The notes: generated by a model not told the origin, from the letters alone. A stretch of 64,000 nucleotides of DNA from Bacteroidales bacterium (GCA_038252165.1 JBBSAP010000001.1:1530-65529); one strand, 5' to 3'. Shown: positions 44,070 through 55,031, counted from the stretch's first letter. Program-made: numbers and translations.

Positions 44070-46406
44070 ATGAACAACTGTTATAAACTGGATGAATGGC
44101 TTATTATTGAGGAGGGATTTCACCCTGAGTCTAACAGGGAATCGGAAAGCATATTTTCGATCGGGAACGGATATATGGGACAGAGAGCGAATTTTGAAGA
44201 GCATTATTCAGGCGATTCACTGACCGGCAGTTATATCGGAGGGGTTTATTACCCCGATAAGACCAGGGTGGGATGGTGGAAAAACGGCTACCCGGAATAC
44301 TTTGCCAAGGTCCTGAATGCTCCGAAATGGATAGGTATAGATATTTGTATAAATAATATTCCTGTCGATCTTTCTTCGGCGAAGATCAACTCCTTCACCA
44401 GAACCCTGAACATGAAAGAGGGATATCTTGACAGGAAATTCACAATTGCAGTTGCCAGGCATAAAACTCTTGAATTCAATGCCAGGAGGTTTCTCAGTAT
44501 GTCGGAGCCAGATACGGGGGTAATAAAGTATTCAATTTGCTCAATTGACTTTGAAGGTGTAATTGATTTTACAGTATACCTTGATGCCGATGTGAGGAAT
44601 GAAGATGCAAATTATGGCAAGAAATTCTGGAAAGAGGTTTCGAGGGAAATAGATGCGGAACACGGAATAATTATTGCACGCACCTTAAAGACCGATTTCC
44701 ATGTTGCAACAGGAATGACCTTCATCCTTTTAAGAAACGGGAAAGAAATCGATGTAAATTCCAGTGCAATTGACCGTAATAAATATGTTGGAAATGCTTT
44801 TTCGGAAGAAATAAAACCTGGTGATGAACTGACACTGATAAAATATACCTCAGTCCTCTTTTCCCTTAACAATTCAAAGGAGGATTTAATGGGTGACGTT
44901 AAAAAACGTCTTAAGGAAGTGTCGTCCGAAGGATACAACATGCTTTTTTCCAGACACATTAAGGAGTGGGAAAAGATATGGAAGGCTTCGGATATTGTGA
45001 TTGAAGGTGATATTGCAGCCCAGCAGGCTATCAGGTTCAATATTTTCCAGCTCAACCAGACTTACACAGGGAAGGATGAACGGCTTAATATCGGTCCGAA
45101 GGGTTTTACCGGCGAAAAATACGGGGGAAGCACCTATTGGGATACAGAGGCTTTTGTCCTGCCGTTTTTTCTGAAAACAGCAGATCAGAAAGTGGTCAGG
45201 AACCTGTTGCTTTACAGGTATAAGCATCTTGAAGCCAGTATCAGAAACGCCTCAACGCTTGGTTTTAAGAACGGTGCAGCCCTTTACCCCATGGTTACAA
45301 TGAATGGTGAAGAGTGCCATAATGAATGGGAAATAACCTTCGAGGAAATCCACAGGAATGGCGCAATTGCTTTTGCCATCTTCAACTATATAAGGCATAC
45401 AGGCGACGATGATTATCTTGCCGATTACGGGCTGGAGGTCCTGATAGCAATCTCGAGGTTCTGGAGCCAGCGGGCAACCTGGTCGGATAACCTGAAAAGG
45501 TATGTCATATTAGGCGTTACAGGGCCTAATGAGTATGAAAACAATGTCAGCAATAACTGGCATACAAATTCAATGGCGTCATGGACATTGTCATATACTA
45601 TGGAATGTCTGCTGAAAGTCCGGAAGGAGGCGCCTGTTAAGTACAATGAACTTATCAGTAAAACCTGCTTTGACTTTGCGGGAGAGACCACTCTCTGGCA
45701 GAAGATAATTGATAAACTTCACATGCCGTTTGACAGCAGGAGAAAAGTTTTTCTTCAGCAGGATGGGTTTCTTGATAAGGAATTAATGCCTGCTGATAAA
45801 ATTCCTTCAGGGGAGCGGCCGATAAACCAGCACTGGTCGTGGGACAGGATCTTACGGTCGTGCTTTATAAAGCAGGCTGACGTACTTCAAAGCCTGTACG
45901 TATTTGAAGATAAATATGATACAGAAACCATAAGGCGGAATTTTGATTTCTATGAACCGATGACTGTTCATGAATCTTCACTATCAGCCTGCATACATTC
46001 CATTCTTGCTTCCCGGATAGGGAATATTGATAAGGCTTATGAGCTTTATCTTAGAACTGCAAGGCTCGACCTCGACGATTACAACAATGAAGTAGGCGAC
46101 GGCCTCCACATAACAAGCATGGCAGGCACCTGGCTGGCAATAGTTGAAGGTTTTGGCGGCATGCGGATAAATGATGGTAAGGTTTGCATAAATCCGCTTA
46201 TCCCCGGTCGATGGAAATCGTATTCATTCCATGCACGGTTCCGGGGGATCCTTTTTGAAGTAAAAGTGAATCACAAAGAAATAATTGTAAATAATTTGTC
46301 GGCGAAGAATCTGATTATGGTCGTCCATGGGAATGAATACATATTTTCCGGATATGAGATTAAGTCTGTTGAATTGATTCCCCCTTCTAAAAGGGCCAAA
46401 GTTTAA
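44070..46406 (+). CDS. GH65 maltose (or kojibiose/trehalose) phosphorylase
   Basis: 778 aa with the typical GH65 layout. GPNEYENNVSNNWHTN region. Adjacent to pgmB. Confidence 0.88.
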   Translation: MNNCYKLDEWLIIEEGFHPESNRESESIFSIGNGYMGQRANFEEHYSGDSLTGSYIGGVYYPDKTRVGWWKNGYPEYFAKVLNAPKWIGIDICINNIPVDLSSAKINSFTRTLNMKEGYLDRKFTIAVARHKTLEFNARRFLSMSEPDTGVIKYSICSIDFEGVIDFTVYLDADVRNEDANYGKKFWKEVSREIDAEHGIIIARTLKTDFHVATGMTFILLRNGKEIDVNSSAIDRNKYVGNAFSEEIKPGDELTLIKYTSVLFSLNNSKEDLMGDVKKRLKEVSSEGYNMLFSRHIKEWEKIWKASDIVIEGDIAAQQAIRFNIFQLNQTYTGKDERLNIGPKGFTGEKYGGSTYWDTEAFVLPFFLKTADQKVVRNLLLYRYKHLEASIRNASTLGFKNGAALYPMVTMNGEECHNEWEITFEEIHRNGAIAFAIFNYIRHTGDDDYLADYGLEVLIAISRFWSQRATWSDNLKRYVILGVTGPNEYENNVSNNWHTNSMASWTLSYTMECLLKVRKEAPVKYNELISKTCFDFAGETTLWQKIIDKLHMPFDSRRKVFLQQDGFLDKELMPADKIPSGERPINQHWSWDRILRSCFIKQADVLQSLYVFEDKYDTETIRRNFDFYEPMTVHESSLSACIHSILASRIGNIDKAYELYLRTARLDLDDYNNEVGDGLHITSMAGTWLAIVEGFGGMRINDGKVCINPLIPGRWKSYSFHARFRGILFEVKVNHKEIIVNNLSAKNLIMVVHGNEYIFSGYEIKSVELIPPSKRAKV

Positions 46407-46519
46407 GTCCCGGCATGTTATGGCAGGATAGTGAAGGAGCCAGACTGCTGAGGAGAGTGAGGTGGAGTAAGGTGGATGTAAGAAATAGAAGACAATATAC
46501 AAAAGTAAAAAGCTAAATT

Positions 46520-47905
46520 ATGGAAAGACTACCTGTAAGTGTTCTTGTACTGTTACTGGCAATCGCAATCGCTCTTATGATAGCCGGCTGTTCACTTTTT
46601 GGGAAAAAGAAAGAGCTTAAGCCTTTTATTTCGGAAGTTGTACATCCGGAATGGTCGAAAAATGCCGTCATTTATGAAGTGAATGTCAGGCAATATACCG
46701 ATTCCGGCACATTCAAAGCGTTTGAGAAACATCTTCCCAGGCTGAGGCAAATGGGTATTGACATTCTCTGGTTTATGCCTTTACACCCGATAGGCCTTCC
46801 TAATCGTAAAGGTGAGCTGGGGAGTTATTATTCAGTTGCTGATTATCTGGGAGTTAATCCTGAATTCGGAACCATCGAAGATTTCAGGAGGATTATTTAC
46901 AAGGCTCATGGGCTGGGAATGCATGTTATCATGGACTGGGTGCCGAACCATACCTCATGGGATAATCCTCTTACAATATCACATCCGGAATGGTATAAGA
47001 GAGACTCAACCGGCAAGTTTACACCACCAACAGGCACAGACTGGACCGATGTCATTCAGCTGGACTGGTCACAGACGGGGCTGCAGGATTATATGATAGA
47101 TGCTTTCAAATTCTGGGTCAATATTGGAGCAGACGGTTTCCGGGTCGATCATCCGCACAATACTCCTAAAGAGTTCTGGGAAAGGGCAAGAAACGAGCTT
47201 GAGATGATAAAACCTGTTTTTATGCTTGCCGAATATGAGGGAGACAAAGGATTCACAGAGAAGGGTTTTGATATGGATTATGCATGGGAGATGCACCATC
47301 TTATGAACAGCATAGCTCAGGGAAAGGATAGTGCAAGTGCATTACTTAAGTATTTCCGTAAGGAGTGGGCAGTCTCTCCGGATAATGCATACCGTCTTAT
47401 GTTCCTTACAAATCATGATGAAAATTCATGGGCTGGTACAATCGATTCATTGATGGGTGATTCACAGAGGGCATTCGCGACACTGATATTTACAGCTCAT
47501 GGAATGCCACTCATCTATAGCGGACAGGAAGCATGTCTCGATAAAAAGCTTAAATTCTTCTTCCGTGATCCAATTGAATGGGATTCCTGCGGGATGACTG
47601 GTTTCTATTCAGACCTTATAAAGCTGAAGAAAAACAATCATTCCCTCTGGAATGGTGCGTTTGGTGGTAAAATGAACAGTATAAAGACAAACAAGGGCAA
47701 TAAGATCTTTGCGTTTTACAGGGAAAAGGATGAAAACAGGGTTGTTGTAGTGCTTAATCTTACTAAAAAGCCGGTTTCATTTAAACCTGTTATAAAAGGC
47801 ATTGAGGGAGATTACACTGAATATTTCACAGGTCAGAAAACAGAATTCAATAAAAGTTTAAACATTGCACTTGATCCATGGGGTTATAAGGTTTACCTAA
47901 GATAA
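46520..47905 (+). CDS. GH13 alpha-amylase family lipoprotein
   Basis: Lipobox MIAGC. DWVPNH, GADGFRVDH, MLAEYEG, FLTNHDEN. Confidence 0.85.
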   Translation: MERLPVSVLVLLLAIAIALMIAGCSLFGKKKELKPFISEVVHPEWSKNAVIYEVNVRQYTDSGTFKAFEKHLPRLRQMGIDILWFMPLHPIGLPNRKGELGSYYSVADYLGVNPEFGTIEDFRRIIYKAHGLGMHVIMDWVPNHTSWDNPLTISHPEWYKRDSTGKFTPPTGTDWTDVIQLDWSQTGLQDYMIDAFKFWVNIGADGFRVDHPHNTPKEFWERARNELEMIKPVFMLAEYEGDKGFTEKGFDMDYAWEMHHLMNSIAQGKDSASALLKYFRKEWAVSPDNAYRLMFLTNHDENSWAGTIDSLMGDSQRAFATLIFTAHGMPLIYSGQEACLDKKLKFFFRDPIEWDSCGMTGFYSDLIKLKKNNHSLWNGAFGGKMNSIKTNKGNKIFAFYREKDENRVVVVLNLTKKPVSFKPVIKGIEGDYTEYFTGQKTEFNKSLNIALDPWGYKVYLR

Positions 47906-47910
47906 AAGTT

Positions 47911-49758
47911 ATGACAAGATCACTCAGATTTCAGGCTCTTTTCATGCTGATCACAGCATGTACCAGTTTAATCTCAGCCCAGAAGATTGACCGTATTGAA
48001 CCTCCCTCATGGTTCACCGGGATGAAGGAAACCTCTCTTCAGCTGATGGTTTATGGCAAAGAAATAGGATCGTTCAAGGTTACTGCTGATTATCCCGGCG
48101 TTAAGATCACCACACTTGTAACAACTGAAAATCCGAATTACCTGTTCGTCAACATGGATATCAGCCAGCGGGCAGTTCCAGGCGACATCAGGCTGACTTT
48201 CACCCGCGGCAAACTGAAACTGACGCACAATTATCCGCTTCTGGCACACCCTTCTGAATCCGCCAGGGGCTTCGACGCTTCTGATGTTATCTATCTCCTT
48301 ATGCCCGACCGGTTCTCAAATGGTGATCCGGGAAATGACAATGTAGCAGGTATGCTTGAGCAGGCAAACAGGAGCAATCCCAACGGCCGGCACGGAGGAG
48401 ACCTCAAAGGCATATCAGAACATCTCGATTATATCAAGGACCTGGGTGCAACAGGCATCTGGTTAAATCCTTTCCTTGAGAACAACCAGCAGGCTTATTC
48501 ATATCACGGTTATTCAATAACCGATCTTTACCGTGTTGATCCGAGGTACGGAAGCAATGATGAATTTAAGAATCTGATCTCAAAGGCACATAATGTGGAT
48601 TTGAAGCTGATGATGGATATGATAAACAACCATATAGGATCGGGGCACTGGTGGATGAAGGACCTGCCCTCGGCTGACTGGCTGCATCAGTTCAGTGAGT
48701 TCACACGTACCAACTACCGGGCTTCAACCCTGATGGATCCGTATGCTTCCGCAGGCGATGAGGAATTAATGGAAAAAGGCTGGTTCGACAGAACCATGCC
48801 TGACCTCAATCAGAGCAATCCGCTTGTTGAGACGTACCTTACCCAGAACAGCCTTTGGTGGATAGCTTACTTTGGCATCGACGGCATAAGAATGGATACC
48901 TATCCTTACCCCGAAAAGAATATGATGTCGAGATGGGCAAAAAGGATCACTGATGAATTTCCCGGTTTCTTTGTAGTTGGAGAGGTATGGTATCAGCAGG
49001 AGGCGCTCACAGCCTATTGGGCACTTGATAAGATCAACCAGGATGGCTATCAGTCGAACCTTCCGTCATTGACCGATTTCCCGCTTTCGCTGGCCACCCA
49101 CAGGGCTTTCAATGAGCCTGACAACTGGACAGACGGATTAGCAAGACTGTATCTGATACTTTCACAGGATTTTCTCTATCCGCATCCGCTTCGTAACGTT
49201 ATCTTTCTTGATAACCACGATCTCACAAGGTTCTTTACCCAGACAGGCATACGGCTTGATATCTACAGGATGGCTCTTTCATTTATCCTTACAACCAGGG
49301 GCATACCTCAATTTTATTATGGTACTGAAATCGTAATGCAGGGAGACAAAAACCGTGGAGACGGATTTCTGAGAGAAGATTTTCCGGGAGGATGGCAGGG
49401 AGATTTAAAAAATGCCTTTTCGGGACAAAACCTTACACCAACAGAAAAAGAAGCTTACGATTTCACCAAAAAGCTTTTAAACTGGAGAAAAGGGAAAGAT
49501 GTTATCCATACCGGAATGCTTAAACATTTTATACCTGAGAATAATCTGTATGTTTATTTCAGGTATAATGACAAAGAAACTGTTATGATTGTCCTTAATA
49601 ACAGCGATAAGGAGACCCGTACAATAACCAGTAAAAGGTATGCTGAAGGAATGAATGGGTTTACAAGAGGTACAGAAATAATTACGGGAACTGAGATTAA
49701 TAATCTGACATCATTTGAGATTTCCCCGAAAACGGCAATGATAATTGAATTGAAATAA
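47911..49758 (+). CDS. GH13 cyclomaltodextrinase/neopullulanase-like enzyme, secreted
   Basis: Signal peptide. N-terminal cyclomaltodextrinase-type domain. DMINNH, GIDGIRMDT, VVGEVW, FLDNHD. Confidence 0.85.
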   Translation: MTRSLRFQALFMLITACTSLISAQKIDRIEPPSWFTGMKETSLQLMVYGKEIGSFKVTADYPGVKITTLVTTENPNYLFVNMDISQRAVPGDIRLTFTRGKLKLTHNYPLLAHPSESARGFDASDVIYLLMPDRFSNGDPGNDNVAGMLEQANRSNPNGRHGGDLKGISEHLDYIKDLGATGIWLNPFLENNQQAYSYHGYSITDLYRVDPRYGSNDEFKNLISKAHNVDLKLMMDMINNHIGSGHWWMKDLPSADWLHQFSEFTRTNYRASTLMDPYASAGDEELMEKGWFDRTMPDLNQSNPLVETYLTQNSLWWIAYFGIDGIRMDTYPYPEKNMMSRWAKRITDEFPGFFVVGEVWYQQEALTAYWALDKINQDGYQSNLPSLTDFPLSLATHRAFNEPDNWTDGLARLYLILSQDFLYPHPLRNVIFLDNHDLTRFFTQTGIRLDIYRMALSFILTTRGIPQFYYGTEIVMQGDKNRGDGFLREDFPGGWQGDLKNAFSGQNLTPTEKEAYDFTKKLLNWRKGKDVIHTGMLKHFIPENNLYVYFRYNDKETVMIVLNNSDKETRTITSKRYAEGMNGFTRGTEIITGTEINNLTSFEISPKTAMIIELK

Positions 49759-49816
49759 TTCCGTAAGAAGAAACATCACTATTCCTTCCGGCAATTAAAC
49801 GTTTAAAAAAAATCTC

Positions 49817-49824
49817 TACATTTG
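49817..49824 (+). promoter_or_regulatory. Bacteroidota -7 box candidate (TACATTTG) upstream of gcvH
   Basis: Exact TAnnTTTG 51 nt upstream of the ATG at 49875. Confidence 0.3.
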
Positions 49825-49874
49825 ACCTGATAAGACAATTTGAGTTTAATTTTTATTCACTAATACGATAGGAT

Positions 49875-50249
49875 ATGAATGTACCTGCAGATTTACTTTA
49901 CACCAAGGACCATGAATGGCTACGCATTGAAGGTGAATTCGGTTTTGTCGGAATAACTGATTTTGCCCAGGGAGAGCTTGGGGATATAGTTTTTCTTGAG
50001 ATCGAAACAATGGGAGAGACCCTTAAAATAGAAGAGGTATTCGGAACCATTGAGGCAGTGAAAACAGTATCTGATATATTCATGCCGGTCGGAGGTGAGA
50101 TTCTTGAAGTAAATCCTGTGCTCGAAGAATCTCCCGATGTGATCAACAAGGATCCTTACGGGAAGGGATGGCTGATCAAAATAAAGATTGCTGATCCTTC
50201 GGAAACAAAAGCTCTTCTTTCGGCTGAAAAATATCAGGAGCTTTTATAA
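49875..50249 (+). CDS. gcvH: Glycine cleavage system protein H
   Basis: Lipoyl-lysine motif IEAVKTVSDI; typical length of 124 aa. Confidence 0.93.
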   Translation: MNVPADLLYTKDHEWLRIEGEFGFVGITDFAQGELGDIVFLEIETMGETLKIEEVFGTIEAVKTVSDIFMPVGGEILEVNPVLEESPDVINKDPYGKGWLIKIKIADPSETKALLSAEKYQELL

Positions 50250-53225
50250 GGTCTTTTTTACTTCCACCTGCTGGTAGCCCTCTACAATGTCTCCCACTTT
50301 AATGTCGTTGAAGTTGGAGATGTTAAGTCCGCATTCATAACCGCCGACAACCTCTTTAACATCATCCTTGAACCGTTTCAGGGAACCGAGCTCACCGGTA
50401 TAAATAACAATACCGTCGCGTATTACCCGCACTTTTGTGTTCCTGGTAATTTTTCCCTCCTTGACATAACAACCGGCAACAGTTCCTACTTTTGTAACCT
50501 TGAATATGTCGCGGATTTCGAGTGTGGCTATAATCTCTTCTTTCATCTCGGGGGAAAGCATACCCTCCATAGCCGCTCTGATCTCCTCGATGGCATCATA
50601 GATAATTGAATAGAGCCTTACGTCAATTTCCTCCTTTTCAGCAAGTTTACGGGCGCTGAGCGAGGGACGCACCTGGAATCCCACTATAATGGCATTTGAA
50701 GCAGCTGCAAGCAGGACATCTGATTCAGATATCTGGCCGACAGCCTTATGTATAATATTCAGCTCTATTTCAGGAGTTGAGAGCTTAATAAGTGAATCGC
50801 TTAATGCTTCAACCGATCCGTCAACATCGCCTTTCACTATAATATTAAGTTCCTGGAAGTTGCCGATTGCAATTCGTCTTCCTATCTCGTCCAGGGTAAT
50901 ATGCTTCTGGGTGCGGAGGCCCTGTTCTCTTTGAAGCTGTGCTCTTTTTGTAGCAATATCCTTGGCCTCACGGTCATTATCCATTACGTTGAACTTATCG
51001 CCTGCCTGCGGGGCCCCGTTCAATCCAAGAATAAGGGACGGAGTGGCAGGGCCAACTTCATCAACCTTGACACCTCTTTCATTATACATTGCCTTTATAT
51101 GCCCGAAACTGGCACCGGCAATCATTATGTCACCGATGCGCAGTGTACCGGCTTTAACAAGTACGGTTGCTGTATATCCACGTCCCTTGTCGAGTGAGGA
51201 TTCAATAATTGTACCGATTGCAGGCTTGTTGGGATTGGCTTTAAGATCAAGCATTTCAGCTTCGAGCAGAACTTTTTCAAGAAGAAGATCAATATTGAGT
51301 CCTGTCTTCGCGGAGATCTCCTGCGACTGATATTTGCCTCCCCAGTCTTCTACCAGGTAGTTCATATTCGCCAAGGCCTCCTTTATCTTTTCCGGATTTG
51401 AACTAGGCTTATCGATCTTGTTTATTGCAAATACTATTGGAACACCAGCTGCAGAGGCATGGTTTATAGCTTCCGTAGTCTGAGGCATTACACCGTCATC
51501 AGCCGCTACAACAATAATTGCGATATCTGTTATCTGGGCTCCCCTGGCACGCATAGCGGTAAATGCTTCATGACCAGGCGTATCAAGGAATGTTATCTGG
51601 CGCCCGTCGTCAAGGATAACTCCGTAAGCTCCTATATGCTGTGTTATTCCTCCTGCTTCTCCGGCAATAACATTTGTCCGCCTGATGTAATCGAGGAGTT
51701 TTGTTTTTCCATGGTCAACATGACCCATTACAGTAACTATCGGTGGCCGCGGCACGAGATCTTCCTCACTGTCTTCAACCTCCCTTACTGTCTCCTGCAA
51801 TTCGGCACTAACGAATTCAACCTTATAACCGAATTCATCTGCAAGCAGGGCAAGTGTTTCAGCATCGAGACGCTGATTTATCGATACAAAGAGACCGAGG
51901 TTCATGCATGTCGAGATAATTTCCGTTACTGGTGTCTTCATCATTGAAGCCAGTTCATTAACGGAAACAAATTCGGTGACTTTCAGGATATTCTTTTCAA
52001 GTTCTATCCTGTCTTCATCCTCACGGTGCTTCTGGCTTATTGCCTCCCTTTTCTCACGGCGGTACCTTGAACCTTTCGATTTTCCCTTTGTAGTCAGACG
52101 GGCAAGGGTTTCCTTTATCTGCTTCTGAACCTCTTCTTCATCTACTTCAGCACGGACCGATCTTTTCTTTATAACTCTCTTGACAGGTTTATTATCCTTC
52201 TTGTCCGCAAGTACCGGTTTGACAACGGGAACCTGATCCTTTTCCTTGGAAATCCTCTTTCTTTTCTTCTTTCTCCTGAAATCAGATTCCCCGTTAACGT
52301 TGACCTGCTGATATGAAACTGTCTTTTTCCGGTCGCCGGCAGGAAGATCAATCTTCCCAACAACCGTCAATCCGGATAATTTTTCAATTGGCGGCTTGAA
52401 CAGTTCAACAACGTCTTCCTCCTTTTCCAGCAGGATATCTTTTTTAATATCTTCATCAACAGTTACTTCAGGGATTATTGTTTCTGAGACTGTTTCTTCA
52501 GCGGCCACTTTTTCTTTCCCGGCAACATCCTTTTTCTCCTCCTTCGGTGATTCATCTTTTTTTGCCGGCTTTTCCTTTGGTTTATCCTCTTTTTTCGGAG
52601 CTTTGGTCTCCCTGGTAACTGTTTCCAGGTCGATTTTGCCGACAATATGGATATCCAACGGTGGTTTTGCCTTTTTATCAATTACATCTTCAGGTACGGA
52701 TTGCTTTGTCTTTTCTTCAGCTGTTTTTTTCTTTTCTGTCTCCTTCACTTCAGGAGCCACTTTCTGGACTCTCTTTTCCTCAGCCGGCTTTGGAGGTTCA
52801 GGCTTGGTAATTTTGGGTTTAAGGGTTTTTTCAAGATCAATCTTCCCGATAAGTTTGATGTCAGGCTTTCTGATCTCAGTCTTGATAACTACTGTTTTCT
52901 GGGTAAGTGAAGTATCCTTAATCAGAATCTCCTCATCTCTTTCCTGATCCTCACTATTGCTGCTTTCCGGAACGTCGTCAATTGAAACAGACTCTTTTTT
53001 CCTGTGCAGATCTTTCAGAATAAGCTTTTCAGATTCCTTTTTAACATTAAGATCGCTGCTGTATTCTTTCAGAAGAAGAATGTATGCTTCGTGAGGTAAT
53101 TTGGTGTTTGGATTTGGATCAAGATCAAAACCCTTCCTGTGCAGGAATTCCACGATGGTGGAGATTCCTACATTGAATTCACGGGCTGCTTTGCTTAATC
53201 TTGTTGCCTTAATATCTTCAGTCAT
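50244..53225 (-). CDS. infB: Translation initiation factor IF-2
   Basis: GHVDHGKTKLLD, DTPGHEAF, NKIDK. K/E/P-rich N-terminal region. Confidence 0.97.
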   Translation of the reverse strand: MTEDIKATRLSKAAREFNVGISTIVEFLHRKGFDLDPNPNTKLPHEAYILLLKEYSSDLNVKKESEKLILKDLHRKKESVSIDDVPESSNSEDQERDEEILIKDTSLTQKTVVIKTEIRKPDIKLIGKIDLEKTLKPKITKPEPPKPAEEKRVQKVAPEVKETEKKKTAEEKTKQSVPEDVIDKKAKPPLDIHIVGKIDLETVTRETKAPKKEDKPKEKPAKKDESPKEEKKDVAGKEKVAAEETVSETIIPEVTVDEDIKKDILLEKEEDVVELFKPPIEKLSGLTVVGKIDLPAGDRKKTVSYQQVNVNGESDFRRKKKRKRISKEKDQVPVVKPVLADKKDNKPVKRVIKKRSVRAEVDEEEVQKQIKETLARLTTKGKSKGSRYRREKREAISQKHREDEDRIELEKNILKVTEFVSVNELASMMKTPVTEIISTCMNLGLFVSINQRLDAETLALLADEFGYKVEFVSAELQETVREVEDSEEDLVPRPPIVTVMGHVDHGKTKLLDYIRRTNVIAGEAGGITQHIGAYGVILDDGRQITFLDTPGHEAFTAMRARGAQITDIAIIVVAADDGVMPQTTEAINHASAAGVPIVFAINKIDKPSSNPEKIKEALANMNYLVEDWGGKYQSQEISAKTGLNIDLLLEKVLLEAEMLDLKANPNKPAIGTIIESSLDKGRGYTATVLVKAGTLRIGDIMIAGASFGHIKAMYNERGVKVDEVGPATPSLILGLNGAPQAGDKFNVMDNDREAKDIATKRAQLQREQGLRTQKHITLDEIGRRIAIGNFQELNIIVKGDVDGSVEALSDSLIKLSTPEIELNIIHKAVGQISESDVLLAAASNAIIVGFQVRPSLSARKLAEKEEIDVRLYSIIYDAIEEIRAAMEGMLSPEMKEEIIATLEIRDIFKVTKVGTVAGCYVKEGKITRNTKVRVIRDGIVIYTGELGSLKRFKDDVKEVVGGYECGLNISNFNDIKVGDIVEGYQQVEVKKTL

Positions 53226-53277
53226 AGATATGTCCTTAGTCTTTCTTAAATCTTAAGCTGGTTTACTGTGATAATTA

Positions 53278-54516
53278 TTATTCAAATTCAGCTTTGAGTA
53301 TATTCACAACTTCCTTCACTGTTTCTTCTTCAAGATCGGTACGTTTAACGAGATCGCTTATTGAAAGGTTCAAAACGCTCCTGGCAGTGTCGCACCCGAT
53401 AGCTTTAAGTTCCTCGATTATCCAGTCTTCAATTTCATCGCCGAACTCCTCAAGATTGACATCCTCTTCATCTTCCCCTCCGGGTTCCCTGTAAACATCA
53501 ATCTCATATCCGGTCAGCTGGCTGGCCAGCTTGATGTTAAGGCCGCCTTTTCCAATAGCCAGCGATACCTCATTAGGCTTCAGGTATATCTCGGCCCTTT
53601 TTGTTTCTTCCATAAGCTTGATTGAAGTTATCTTAGCGGGACTCAGGGCTCTCTGAATGAACAACTGATTATTGGATGTATAGTTTATGACATCGATATT
53701 TTCGTTTCGAAGTTCCCTTACAATACCATGGATCCTTGATCCTTTCATGCCAACGCATGCTCCAACAGGATCAATCCTTTCATCATATGATTCCACAGCC
53801 ACTTTGGCACGCTCTCCGGGAACCCTGACAATCTTTTTTATAGTTATCAGGCCGTCAAAAATCTCGGGCACCTCAAGTTCGAAGAGCCTTTCAAGGAAGA
53901 CAGGCGAAGTACGGCTGAGGATTATGAACGGGGTATTGTTCCGCATTTCAACCTTTATAACAACTGCCCTTATCGAATCGCCCTTACGGAAGTGATCCGA
54001 TGGTATCTGCTCGCTTTTAGGAATGATAAGCTCATTTCCGTCATCGTCAAGCACCAGTATTTCCCTTTTCCAAACCTGGTAAACCTCTCCGGTTACTATT
54101 TCACCGATCCTGTCCTTATATTTGATATAAATATTGTTCTTTTCAAGATCAAGAATTCTTGCAGTAAGGTTCTGTCTTAGTGAGAGAATTGCCCTTCTGC
54201 CGAAATCAAGAAATTTAACCTCATCGGAAACTTCTTCACCAGCCTCGTAATCTTCATCAATCTCCTTGGCTTTTGAAAGGGGTATCTGCAGGTTGGGATC
54301 AACCAGTTCATCATCCTCCACCACAACCCTGTTTCTCCATATTTCAAAGTCGCCCTTGTCGATGTTGACAATAATATCGAAATTGTCAGCTGAACCAAAT
54401 TTTTTTGCCAGCGTGCTCCTGAATACATCCTCCAGCACACTCATCATCGTGGGACGGTCGATATTCTTAAGCTCTTTGAACTCTGAAAAGGTATCGATCA
54501 AATTAATATTTTCCAT
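53278..54516 (-). CDS. nusA: Transcription termination/antitermination factor NusA
   Basis: S1 and KH domains (GACVGMKGSRI, LAIGKGGLNIKLAS). Confidence 0.97.
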   Translation of the reverse strand: MENINLIDTFSEFKELKNIDRPTMMSVLEDVFRSTLAKKFGSADNFDIIVNIDKGDFEIWRNRVVVEDDELVDPNLQIPLSKAKEIDEDYEAGEEVSDEVKFLDFGRRAILSLRQNLTARILDLEKNNIYIKYKDRIGEIVTGEVYQVWKREILVLDDDGNELIIPKSEQIPSDHFRKGDSIRAVVIKVEMRNNTPFIILSRTSPVFLERLFELEVPEIFDGLITIKKIVRVPGERAKVAVESYDERIDPVGACVGMKGSRIHGIVRELRNENIDVINYTSNNQLFIQRALSPAKITSIKLMEETKRAEIYLKPNEVSLAIGKGGLNIKLASQLTGYEIDVYREPGGEDEEDVNLEEFGDEIEDWIIEELKAIGCDTARSVLNLSISDLVKRTDLEEETVKEVVNILKAEFE

Positions 54517-54536
54517 CTGCTAAAATCTTCTATATA

Positions 54537-54989
54537 TTATTTTATCGTTAATACAATTCTTGTCGATTTGATCTGGTCAAAATTGAAGGGAACATCCTTA
54601 ACCTCTTTTGCCTTTCCCTTAATTTTAAATTCAGTTTCAAGATCAAAGCCTCCTTTTGTGACGTTTTTTAAAATCCCTGTATACTTTAATCCTTCGTTGT
54701 CAACAACAGAGACTTTCTGACCTTCATTCTTGTAGTACTGCTCAATAACACCAAAGGGTATATCCAGTCCGGGAGAAGATACCTGAAGTTCAAAATCCTC
54801 AACGTCGCGGTCGAACCCTTTTTCAATGTGACGGTGCAGCAAGGCGCATTCATCGATCGTTATTCCTTTCTTTGTGTCAGCAAGCACGGTTATTTTATTT
54901 GAAGCGCTTACTTTAACAGCAACAAGAAACAGGTCCGTCCCATGGATGTACTCCCTTACCGATTCCTCTATCTTTGTCCTGTCGATCAT
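54537..54989 (-). CDS. rimP: Ribosome maturation factor RimP
   Basis: 150 aa, VSSPGLDIPF motif, conserved rimP-nusA-infB order. Confidence 0.9.
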   Translation of the reverse strand: MIDRTKIEESVREYIHGTDLFLVAVKVSASNKITVLADTKKGITIDECALLHRHIEKGFDRDVEDFELQVSSPGLDIPFGVIEQYYKNEGQKVSVVDNEGLKYTGILKNVTKGGFDLETEFKIKGKAKEVKDVPFNFDQIKSTRIVLTIK

Positions 54990-55011
54990 TCCCTGAAAAC
55001 TTATAATAAAA

Positions 55012-55031
55012 TAGGGGACTCTGGTCCCCTA
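55012..55031 (-). promoter_or_regulatory. Perfect 8-bp GC-rich hairpin in the rimP-nusA-infB leader
   Basis: TAGGGGAC-tctg-GTCCCCTA, 23 nt upstream of the rimP ATG. A TATCTTTG -7 box candidate lies on the minus strand at 55059-55066. Confidence 0.35.

Noticed and set aside
49759-49874. Glycine riboswitch upstream of gcvH
   Set aside because: I looked for the conserved GGAGAG..CACCG-type cores and paired aptamers. The 116-nt AT-rich spacer has none.
52396-52947. 183-aa plus-strand ORF rich in S/F/T, and other antisense ORFs inside infB
   Set aside because: It is the mirror translation of the K/E/P-rich low-complexity N-terminal region of IF-2, so it is spurious. The repeated (I/V)GKIDL(E/P) strings in IF-2 itself are a normal feature of its N-terminal domain.
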